From: Phoronis australis
Lineage: Eukaryota > Animalia > Phoronida
Assembly (NCBI GenBank): GCA_002633005.1
Contig: NMRA01000057.1
Span: 894,005-958,004 of the forward strand
Reading direction: 5' to 3'
DNA: 64,000 nt
The position numbers and the translations under genes are program-made. Shown one piece after another: positions 38,348 through 50,586 of the stretch (position 1 is the first letter of the stretch; every line of letters starts with the position of its first letter). Below the pieces are notes generated by a model, which worked only from the letters and a program-made list of their open reading frames with translations, made no database searches and was not told where the DNA came from.

Positions 38348-40315
38348 TGGAATTCTGGTGTTCATTGGCAACAAATGTTTTCCTATTGGCTATTAGCACT
38401 TATGGATTTCAGTTGATGAGATTACTACGTTCGAGTTAAGGACATCGTAGTCCAGTTGAAAACATTTCTCTTTTGGTTTTACACTCAAATTCAAGCGAAA
38501 TATAAATGTTTCAAAAGTTTATAATTTATAAACCTGACACTTGTAACCGAAAGTTGAACAAAGAAGGAAATACGGTAGTTGATAACGGTGCATGGATTTC
38601 ATTGCATGCTTACTTGAATGTATAAACTAATTTGTTTAAGAATTCAAATGATAAGATATCTGTAAAAAAATGTTGTTCAACGAAGAAATTCTACATATTG
38701 CGTATTTTCTATTATACTGACATGTCGCAGTATTTGCACTATGTAAGATCATCAACGCATGCCCAACACTGCAACAGAATGGTTTTAGCACATTTAGGCA
38801 TTAAATAAATATGTCCATGGAGTGTTATTGATAACAGATGGAATTAAAAAACCACTAGGTTCCTACCAGAAAGCCTTTCTCTTTACTTATCTTTGCACAC
38901 ATACAAGGAGCATCCAATGCCAAACATAACACACAGAAACGCAATTCACTTTCAGTCCTGACGTGATGGCATACAAGTATGTTTAACGTAACAGACTGTC
39001 AACTTTACACCAACATTACCCACCTCAGCAGCACCTCCGGGGACGTGAACCATCTGGTAGCCACAAAGTAAGTGTAGTTGCCGCTGATGATGCCCGATAT
39101 GGGACGGGAAAATCCTGGAAAGTGCACACAAGTACTGCTGTATCACTCAGAGATACAACACTGGGCTAGAAATTAAAAGCAGATTCCCCAGAAATACTAT
39201 TTACTATTAGCATGGAGGATGCGTGCCTGCAACAGATTTAGAACTATAAAATGAAGTGGCTTCTCACTAAAATCACCAGACTTTGGTTGCCTATTTTGGA
39301 TGAAGTTTTGTCTCTTTCGGACAAAATTTACCATGATTGCAATTTTTGTATGGCATCATTCCCTAAGTTGATTTCAAATCAACAGTTGCGTTGCCCCATG
39401 TCTTCTCTCCATCACCATTTGCTCACACAACTTTCAATAAATCATTATAGGAATAGCTTTTGAAATTTTCACCATAACAACCCAAGTCAAATTTAGAAAT
39501 AATTTTGAGCACAATTCTCTCTTTAATACAGTACAAATACAGGTTGTCTAAGTTCTGAACAATTATGTCCAGCTTAAGTCATACAACTTGAGTGTGTTCT
39601 CCTTGCTAATAAGTAAGTTTTCTGGCTTGATATCTGAAAATTATTCACAAAATTGCTAAGTAAATGATTTAACGTTTTTCTCATATGACCCTCATAAGTC
39701 AAAGAATAGCTGTATTATTTTCATACTATCTGAAATACATAATCCTTTTGGGCTTGGAAGGGTTAACCAGTCCACACAGTGGCTTAGAATTTTGCACACC
39801 GTTAAAAATGAGGGAAAGCAGTCCTTTGTGAGCCATTGTCTCACTCATGCAACTGTCCTAGTTGGACTGTGTTTCTAAGCCCAACTTAAAATAGGTTAAA
39901 TTTGAGATTCTCACTGGGAGCATAATTGTTTTATTACCCACTACACGATTTTGAATAGTTGAGCCCGGAATTTTGCTGAACAGATTGATGACCAATTTTC
40001 ATAATACAGTTTAAAAATTATTTGAGGAAACTGTAAAACATTCTAAAACAAATACCAAATTTTAAAGAAATTAAGAACATATAAACACTTGCTAAATATT
40101 TTGTATATTATGTAGCAAGAATTATGCCATTCCCAAGTTTAAAAACTTTAACTGTTACTTGAACAATTATAAAGCATGATTTAAGACTAAGTGTTGCTTG
40201 TAAAGATTTCAAATCCCTGCAACAATCATTCTGAAGGATCCTTTATTACTGCATTATTTAGAAGACCATTCTTGCTGGTTTTGTTTTCACAATGGAGCTA
40301 AGTTAATTTTCGTGA

Positions 40316-40397
40316 CTGTGTGCACGCATGCGAGTGTGTGTGTGTGTGTGTGTATGTGTGTGTGTGTGTGTGCGTGCGTGCGTGCGTATGCGTATGT
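40316..40397. repeat. (TG)n/(TGCG)n microsatellite, homologous to 11439-11490
   Basis: Lies ~80 nt upstream of FReD exon a in both duplicons. Confidence 0.9.
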
Positions 40398-40472
40398 ACA
40401 ACGGTATATAGTTTGATGAAACCTTTGATAAGAACATGGAACTGTAAAGTCATCGCCAGCATCTAGTTGTAG

Positions 40473-40582
40473 GAGAAGATTGTGCATATTTTTACAAAGC
40501 AGCGTTCACACCATCCAACCAAAAGATGATGCTGGTAAGATGTAGGTTCACTGACATGGTGACCAAAAGAGGAGGTTGGATG
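40473..40582 (+). pseudogene. Dead FReD exon a in copy B
   Basis: Homolog of 11574-11701 with a 16-nt deletion, GAG>TAG, and a 2-nt deletion in the YCDM codons. Confidence 0.92.
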
Positions 40583-40812
40583 GTAAATTATATACGGTGT
40601 CTTACAAAGCACCATCTCCATTTTTATAAGAAATGCTTAATGAACTAAAAAAATTCACTAGATGAAAATAACTGAAAAGACCATAATTGGTTTGATCACT
40701 TAACACTCATGGAAACATACACTAGCTAATATCATTCATTTGTTTATGTGTAAAAAACTCATTAACTAATCAAAACAGGGTATATAAAGAAAAAAATACT
40801 TGGTATAACCAG

Positions 40813-40905
40813 GTATTCCAGAGATGCCAAGATGGGTCTGTTGACTTCTACATATAGAGGTTGGTCTGACTATAAGGCAGGATTTGGTGACCGAGTTTTG
40901 GTTGG
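40813..40905 (+). pseudogene. Dead FReD exon b in copy B
   Basis: [13 protein letters not shown] then a 4-nt insertion giving TAG; 8-nt deletion before FWLG. Confidence 0.92.
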
Positions 40906-41090
40906 GTAAATTTTTTTCACTTCTACACTGTACATCTTGAATACATTTAAATCTTCACTGATAAGATAACACTAAATGATTCAAAATGTCTTAGAAAATG
41001 GAATTCAGCAACAGATTTCAAATTCACTAACAACGCCATGCTGCTTTGGGATCGTTAAATTACCATGCGTTTAAAATAATATAATTGCAA

Positions 41091-41255
41091 GTAAAAACAA
41101 CATTGACCGGCTGGCACACCGAGCCACCTACACGTTACCTGTTGACTTGGAAAACTTCAGCAATAAGAAGGTGTACGCTGCCTGTAATGCTTTCTCTGTT
41201 TGGTCTGAGAACGTGAAGTATAAGTTGACTCTCGGGTCATATTCTGGCACCGCAG
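41091..41255 (+). pseudogene. Dead FReD exon c in copy B
   Basis: Same 165-nt length and open frame as 12231-12395, but acceptor AG>AA and donor GTAAG>GCCAG; exon d homolog not found. Confidence 0.9.
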
Positions 41256-41927
41256 GCCAGGGACAGGAAAACGTGTTTACTCATTCTAAGGCCGAAGTAA
41301 CACAATTCTAGTCAGCCATCGCTCTGCTACAGTTAAATTAATTTTGTAATTACATTGAAGCCAATGAACATTAAGAAGCTCGCAGGTTACTTAAAAATAC
41401 TTGAAATTCACAGTTCATTTAGATATTACACTTGGGGGTATATATGCAGATGTTGTACTTATTGAGGATTTGAAAATTATACACCGTGACCAGAAACAGT
41501 AAAACCTTTTAGACGCAGTGATGTATTAAGGGGGCGCACCGAACGTTTATAGGTACTCTTTTGAAAGAAAGGTAGACTTATTGTATTTAATGCACAGTCG
41601 AATTGATCACAACAGACCGTCTTGGAAAGTTGCAGAAACGTTGGTTGTAAGTGAATTTTGCTGTAGCAAAAGCAAATTGTATACACAGAGATTTGAAGGC
41701 TTGAGAGTTGTAGACCGGAACAGGCAACACCTGGTTTGCTATGTTGCAGTTCACCTGTGGTGACCTACAATTTTTTCTAGAATATAAAAGTTTGCCTGAA
41801 TTTTGTTGAAATCCTGACATTATAAACTCTGAATGAATTTGTAATCCAATAGCCACTCTTAGTAACCTTAACTTAACACAACTAATTCAACAAAATGCAT
41901 TGTCGTGTTTGTGACAGGTTATACATG

Positions 41928-43365
41928 TAGACCTAACTCACGCGGAGGCCATTAAAATCCAAAGCGAGGCTCACTGCGATAAACAAAGCGGAAGTTGACA
42001 CTGCGTGAGTTAAATGGCCGGTCTTTCGAATCCAACCTGGATATTAAATCTTAAAATTGTGTCGATAATTAACTACAGAGAAGGAGAAAAATACATTAGA
42101 GAACAAGTCAACGCATCAAAGAGTTGTCTGTTGAAATCACATTTTTTTCGAAAAAGTAAGTTCGAAATATAAAAAGTAAATATGACCAAATTGCGGCGAT
42201 CGTAAATTGTCGATAATGCTTTCTACGCGAACCAGGTCATCTGCTCGTATTGTTGACAAGTTGAAAATATATGCGACAGTTGTGGCTCATCACATTTTGC
42301 TGTTATGTGCAATTAGTCACATCTGATTTAATTTGTTGATCAAGCATAGCCTGTGTCCTGGTGAGGTATAGGGACAACGGGGATTAATAGTTGATTTATC
42401 ATAACTGATCTGAAAGAATAATTGATGTTACTAAATATATCTTTTATTAAAATAAATAACCAGGCTGGTAATTGAAAATAAAAATCATTTGACCATTGCA
42501 TTCTTGTTTTTAATAATTCTTACGTCTATTTCATGTGTTAGGTTTCAAATATCAATGTGGACCAAGTTGAATTTTAAAATGAAAACACCTAATTCGTCCG
42601 TCCAAAGCATAACCTCCTTTTCGAGCACAATTTCAGTTAACTGGACAGAGCAAGCATAGTTAAGTTTCGTCAGGGGCCTCGTTCATCGGAGGGGAAAGGT
42701 GCCTATATGCCTTCTGAGAGAGCATTTATCTTTTCGCCGAGTGAGGGGGAACTACCTCCCGATCACCATCATTAACACTCCCGCCCAGTTGCAAGTTCTC
42801 ATAGGCTCTTTCTCAAGTATCATTTTGTGCTCTTTCAAATTGTCACCTATGTGGTTAGGTGATTTGAACTTGGAAGAGAAATTTTCAATTACTAGGGGAA
42901 TTTTTAGACCTCTTGGGGGGATTTCGCGTGATTTTTGAATATTTTTGAGACGGGAATAGGGACGATATTCGGCCCCAAAATAGAGGGATTGAGGGTTCTG
43001 TCCTTTTTGAAAAGAAAAATGCATCATGTTTTAACCTGTAATCATGAAAACACAGATTGGCTGGCCGAAGATTCTCCGGTTGTTGCTATGATGCTCGACA
43101 ACCGAGATGCGACAAAATATGACCTAACTTTTGGAAAACATTTATAAATTTTACACGGACATATTTTCCTTTGTCGCGGCGTATGGCAACGATCCAGGAG
43201 TCCCGAGTCTCAACGTCATTTCGGATTGTAAAACAGACAGTTGAATTTCCGTATTTTTTCTAGCAGTTCGAGCTACGCGGAATACAACTATGCCGATAAG
43301 CCAAGAGAGCTATCGTAGAGATCCTCGTTTTGGAACACGCCACCTGTCGGCGTGAATTAGGTCTA
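41928..43365. mobile_element. Non-autonomous TIR element with TAG...CTA termini (Academ-like, tentative)
   Basis: TAGACCTAACTCACGC at left vs GCGTGAATTAGGTCTA at right (15/16 inverted match); no ORF; TSD unclear. Confidence 0.7.
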
Positions 43366-45769
43366 TTGATTCCAGGCATTATCTAAATATGATCGAGAAC
43401 CTAATTCCAGGAATTTGTATTGTCATTTTTGTACTCAGAGATGCTTCTCAGAAAACCTAGATAAACCAAAATTAATAATTAAGTTATTGAGTTGATCAAA
43501 TTTTGATTTAGAGCTTAATTTTAACAAGAGCAATGCGTAGCTTTAAAATGCGTCCACGACAGCACCGCAAACGGTGTGCTTCTATGGGTGTTTACAAATA
43601 TCATAAAAATGGCCATGAGATGTCGCAGAGTGCTAAAACCTGTCTGAATTGAGAAGGTGGCTCTGTCTCTGTAATACACAACCATTTGACAAATTTAAAT
43701 GAAATTAAGATAAAGAACTCCTAAGATATGCATGTAGAGGCAAGCGTAAAAAATGGGCATAAGGTCTCTTACAACATCCCTTGTGACGCTTTTTATAGCC
43801 CATCTTACCAGAGATTATCACTTTTATGTTGCTGATCTTATTCATGATATTTACTTGTAATTGTTTTAGTCATAATAAATGACCTTACCGGGTATATCGC
43901 CACCTCGGTCTCCTTTTCAATGATAGCAACGTCCGATGTTCGTCGAACAATCCATTATAAGTTCTCTGATCGTGGGAGCAAATTGTAAATTGGTCGTCAC
44001 AATAAGATACAAGTGAGCCAAATAAACTTTATAGTGGCAAAAGCACATAGCGGAACTATTGAAAATACAATGCGCATCGGCGTGGATATGTTTAAGAAAT
44101 GAACCAACACAAGCTTGATATGAAAATCGTAGTGAACTATACAATGGGAAAATTTGTGCAATTGTTTTGTGAGCTTGCCCAAGAAAGCACATGTTATTTG
44201 CAAAAATATTCTAGTTGCTTTGTACAATTTCAAATCAGACGTTCTGTTTCAGCATCAGTGATAATTATTGTTGGTCTTCGCTCGTTATTCGGCTGAGAGA
44301 CTCGTGGTTTCACGGAAAGTCGTCTGGAAGCACAGGGGAAGGATGGCCATTCGCAGTTCCCAGTCTTGTTTACTAGCTAAGCCAATGGCTGCTGGAAGAC
44401 ATAATTAAACTATATATAAAGTTTCTGCAGCTAGTCTAAGCGAGAAATCATGCGTATAAAGCAAGGAAGTGTTTGTTCGGAGACATGAAAAAGATGGAAT
44501 TACAGATTAACATGATCCAGTGGCATATGATTTACTTAAGGCTTCTGCTTTGTGTTCAAAATAGACTCTGGATGTTGAAAGCAAACTTTCTATTTGAATG
44601 TAGGGGTCACTGGGACTTGAACCCAGAACCTCATGTCATAGACATGCCTGCTACCTTGCATCATGACCCCGGGTGATTGTTCTATAGTTAGTTTGCAATT
44701 CAACAGCGTTTTTGGTAGAGAGCCAATGTGCTCAAACAGGAATATCCAAATTTGGATTTAAAATTGCTGCGTCCTGGTTGTTTACCGTTTAAGTTTGATG
44801 ATAGAAAAAATTAATAGGTTGTCTTCGACCACGTCTATTATATAGACTGGTTATGGTTTTCATTGATTATTGTTAGAGAAGGGAATTATACCCATTTTGA
44901 TGATATTTCTTATTTTTCCAAAGAAACCAGAGTTCAAGAACTTTAAGTAACTTAATCACCCACCTCCTTTTATTCGAACCACGTACAGTGAAAATGTCAC
45001 GATAAAAATCTGTCACAAAGAAGGTGTGAACGATTTTAAAGAAATTTTGTATTCGAACGTATTTTCTAAAGCTTTCAACGGGATAATTTACTTTTTTGAA
45101 TGCGTTCTAGGTATAAATGTCGTCAAAGCTAAGTCTATATTTTTTAACTCAGTGAATAGAGAGTTAAACAGGCCCAAGACAAAATTGTCATTAGGTTCAG
45201 TCTTTTGAAGTCGAATATTATTGGCTCAAAATACCTATACATAGTAAGTACAAAACATCAGATCGATCTCAAAAGCATACAATTTCCATCAATAGTAAAG
45301 TACGTGGTTATTATTACAAAAGCAACGTGTTTCTGAGGTGACAAAACACGTGCACAAGAAAAAAGGTATACTCTCCTGAAATCTTGCTTGGGAATGAAAC
45401 GTCATGTGTACAAAGGCGCCCTCAAATCTGCAGCGAGAATTAAGAGGTGAGAAGACACCAATTACACTGTTCCATGCAAGTCATGAACTTCATAAAATCC
45501 GCGTTCCTGCATTTTTGATATTTTAGCATTCACCGTGCGGAAAAGGTTTTCCTTACACCTTGGCCACTGACAATTTAAGTTATTGAATATTTGACCTGTT
45601 TCATGTCCCGAAGGCCGACATCTGCACATTCTACATGATCACAAGTCAATTGATAAACGTTATAGCACTGACGTTTTAAGCAGTTAAATACTTGACCATT
45701 TTGATGTCCTGACGGCAGCCGTCTGTCGTCTTCTGAATCTTAAAGAGAAATATGTCAATTACTAAACAA

Positions 45770-48700
45770 GCCTTACAGTATCAATGATAACAAGTTAATA
45801 TACACGCCACACAATGGGCATGATAAAAACAATTAATAAACAAAACCTATATTATACATGACAATACTGAAAATTTAACCCTTTGAACACTGTCTGACCT
45901 GTCTGAAGTGAGTCCCAAATATTGAAATGTCTAGGATGGCACACATTAAACATGAAAATAAGCCAATTAATACACGCGACTCACAACATATTGTAACAAA
46001 CCAAATATTATACACGACACACAATATACATGTTAAAAATTCAATTAAAAAGGATGGCAAGGTATGGAGAGCCATTCACTTGCTTTTAATAAAGTAGAAC
46101 TTACAGTGAACTTTCTCCATTTTGTATAAATAGTTGTCTCTTGCATAGCCCATCTTAGTAAAGCCATTGAGAAATTGATCTTAAGTTGATTGCTCAGTCT
46201 CCGTGGCAACGATGTCAAATTTTCACCTACCCCTTGCTTAGGACTTTGCAGAAGGCCGAAGACAAGACGAGGAAACTTGGCAAAGCATTAGCGGAAGTCA
46301 ATCAAAAGGTGGCTGGACGAAGGGACCGCTTCAAGAAGTAACGAAAACCATTAATATACAAGACCCTCTATACATGATCGAAATTCAATTGATATACACG
46401 ACACACAGTATGCGATAAATCAAGTAATATACATGATGATCAATCAACATGACAACAAGACAAATAATATACACGACACAATCTACATGATAACAAGGCA
46501 ATTAATATACACAACACAATATACCTAATAACTAGTTAATTGATACAAACAGTAAAATATAAAATGCCACAATATACATGACACACATTAAACATGAAAA
46601 TAAGTCAATTAATACACACGACTCACAATATATTGTAACAAACCAAATATTATACACGACATACAATATACATGTTAAAAATTAAATTAAAAAACAACAA
46701 AAAAACATGATATCAAAACAATTAAAACACAAACGACTCACAATAAACATGACAAGTCAATTAAAGTACACGATTCCCAACGAACTTGATAACAAGTCAG
46801 TTAAGGTTTGAAATACACAGTAACCACGATAAGAAGTCAATTAATATACACGACAGAAAATAAACCTGTTGAAGTTTAAACAGTATACCTGAGCAGCATT
46901 AATTCTGAGAACAAGTCAATTAATACATACGACTCACAATACATTATAGCAAAACAAGAATTATACATGACACACGATAAACATGATAGAAAGTCAATTA
47001 ACATACACGACATCAAACAAAAATGATAACAAGTCAATTAATATACACGGCAAACAATAAAGAATATAAAAGGTCAAATAATATACACGACACACATTAA
47101 ACATGAAAACAAATGAATTAATACGTGCGCCCTACAATACAATATAAGAAACCAAATAGTGTACAGGACACACAATGAACATGATCAGAATTCAAATAAA
47201 AACCACAACACATAAAACATGACATTAAAACAATGAAAATACACCAAACACAATAAACATGATAACAATTCAATCAAAAGACACGACACACACTACAGTT
47301 GATAAATGGCCAGTTAACGTGAACAACGCACAATAAACAGGATACCAACTTAATTACTGTACAGGGCACAAAATAATTATGATAAGTCATTTATGATACA
47401 TGACCCACAATAAACATAAAACATTAATTAACATACACAACTCACAATAATCATGATAACAAGACAATTAATATACAAAATAAACAGTAACCTGGAAAAA
47501 TCAATTAGTACACACGACTATAAATACAATGTATACAAGAAAAAAGATCAAATAACATACATGACAAGCAATAAAAATGAAAACAAGTCAATAAATAGAC
47601 ACGACTCATAATATGTTATATATCAATCAAGAATTATTCAAGACACAAAATAAACATGATGAAAAGTCAATTAAAAACACAACACAAAAACATGATATCA
47701 AAACAATTAAAGTACACGAAAAACAATAAACATGATAACATGTCCATTAAAGTACACGGCACAACATGACAATGATAACAATTCAATAAACTTACAAAAC
47801 TCATAACACACTTGATAACTCTGACTAGATATGTAAATGAATACTTGACCCATTTGATGTCCTGGCGGCCGCCGTCTGTCAACTTTTTAATCTTCAAGAG
47901 AAATAAATCAATTGATATACACACACAATAAGTGATAACCTTTGAAGTATTATACATGTACATGACATGTGTTAAACACGATAAAATGCAGTTAATAACC
48001 AAGACACACAATAAACATCATACGAGAAAAATTAACATACATGACATGCAATATACATGAAAATTAGTCAACAGTATATACGACACACAATAAACATGAT
48101 AACAAGTCAATGGAAATGAACGACACACAATATACGAAGTAATATACCCGACAAGCATTAAACCTGAAAACAAGTCAATTGATACGTACGACTCACAATA
48201 TATTATATCAAATCAAGAATCATACACAGCACACAATAAACATGATCACAAAATCAATGCACATACACGACGCAAGACAATCAAAATAACAAATCAATTA
48301 ATATAAGCGACACACAATACACATGTTAACAAGTCAATAAAAATACGCGACAAACAATACACGAGAAAACAAGTCGATTAATATATACGACACTCAATAA
48401 ACATGATAAAAACTCACCTGATATACACGACACACAACAAACATGGTAACAAAACGATTCACAATGAACATGATATATCAATTAATATACGAAATAAAAG
48501 GTAACCACAATACAAGTCAATTAATACACTCAATTCAAAATATGCAAGATAAAAGAATACACACGACAAACAATAAAAATGAAAAAGTTGAATAATACAC
48601 ATGACTCACAATACATTATAACAAATAAAGATGTCAATTAAAATACACGGCACAACATAGACATGATAACAAATCAAGCAATATACACAACTCATAATAA

Positions 48701-50310
48701 ACATGTTAACACTGACTATATATTTAATTGAATACTTGACCAATTTGATGTCCAGGCGGCCGCCGTCTGTTGTTTTCTCAATCTTCAAAAGAAATAAACC
48801 AGTTAATATACACGCCACATACTCTATAACACGTCACTTGATAAACAAGACACACAATAGAGATAAACATGATAACAATTTAATTCATTCAAAGGACACA
48901 ATACACATGATAAGAGAGCAATTAACATACACGACATAAAATATTCATGATAATTGGTCAATTAATAAACACAACACAAAATAATCATAATTACAACTCA
49001 ATTGATATGCACGACACACAATAAACATGGTAAAAACTCAATTAACGTGCACGATTCACAATGAACACGATCACAAGTCAATTTACATACGAAATACACA
49101 GTAATCTCGATCAAAGACAATTAATATACACGACACAAAATAAACATGACAAAAGATCAAATAGTATACACGACAAGCACTAAACATGAAAACTAATCAA
49201 TTATTACATACGACTCACAATATATTATAACAAATAAAAAATTATACACGACACACAATAAAAATGATAACAAGCCAATAAGTATACGTGACATATAATA
49301 CCCAGGACAACAAGTCAAGACACACGGCACACAATACACACGATAACAGGTTAACTATATGCACAACACACTGTAAACAATATACCAAGTCAATTAATGT
49401 AGAGGGCAAAAAATAATTATGATAACAGGTCATTTATGATACATGATACACAATAAACCTGAAAACAAGTTAATTAACATACACAAGTCACAGTAAACAC
49501 GATAACAAGCCAATTAATATACGAAATACACAACAAGCATACAATTAATACACACGACTTCAAACAAACAAGATAAAAGATCAATTAATATACACGACAA
49601 ACAATAAAACTGAAAACAAATCAATTAATAGACACGTCTCACAATACATAATAACAAATCAAGAAATTTAAACGACACAAAACAAACATGATCAGAAGTC
49701 AATTAAAAACAACACAAGAACACGATATCAAAACAATGAAAATATACGAATCAAAACAATTAAAATACACAAAACGCAATAAACATGATCAAATGTCAAT
49801 TAATATACACGGCACAACATAGACATGATAATTATTCAAAAATATAAACAACTCATAACAAACATGAAAACAATTACTATATATTTAATTGAATACTTGA
49901 CCAATTTGATGTCCAGGCGGCCGCAGTCTGTTGTCTTCTTATCTTCAAAAGAAATTAATTAATTAATATACATGCCATATAGTATACATTATAACGCCTC
50001 AGTTGCTAAACAAGACACACAATAGACATGAACATAATAACAATTCAATTAATACACACGAACCACAATATATGATAATTAGTCAATTATTAAATACGAC
50101 ACAAAATAAACATAATATTAACACAATTGATATACACGACAAACAATAAATATGGTAACAAATTAATTAACGTGAACAATTCACAATGAACATGATAACA
50201 ATACAATTATTATGCGAAGTACACATTAACCACTACACATGATAATTCAATTACATGTAGCGCACACAACACACAGAAATATGCATGATCACACTGACAG
50301 TCATAGCAAA
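45770..50310 (+). repeat. Degenerate ~40-bp AC-rich satellite (consensus ~ATATACACGACACACAATAAACATGATAACAAGTCAATTA) punctuated by a GC-rich block
   Basis: Repeated acacgacacacaataaacatgataacaagtcaattaat; interrupted at ~46055-46350. Confidence 0.9.
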
Positions 50311-50586
50311 GGAATACTTGACCGATTTCTTGTTCCGATGGCGCCTTCTGTCGTCTTCCTAACCAACTGGGTCGGTTCTGACCTCGCGATCCCGTGATGA
50401 GGAAAGAAACCACATTCGAAAGACTTGATTACTGACTGGGGTTATTGTGCTTTCGTTAGTGCGTTAGTGTATTAGTTAGGGTTAGATTGTGCAGTGTTAT
50501 CAGCCAGCAATCAAATCTTCCATAATGGCAAGCGCATGCCGTGCTCCCACGTGTTCTGCTGAGTGATGCAGTTCTTCGCTTGGACA

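Larger units (their letters stand above)
31480..41830 (+). repeat. Segmental duplicon copy B (paralogous to ~3270-14560)
   Basis: Same collinear matches as listed for copy A; boundaries approximate. Confidence 0.9.

Noticed and set aside
37566-41255. Single coiled-coil-OLF-FReD fusion protein in copy B
   Set aside because: OLF exon ends in TAA with no phase-1 donor, and the FReD exons are disabled.
45770-50310. CRISPR-like repeat array (also considered for 25.3 kb and 31 kb)
   Set aside because: Degenerate tandem monomers without unique spacers, no cas genes, eukaryotic context.
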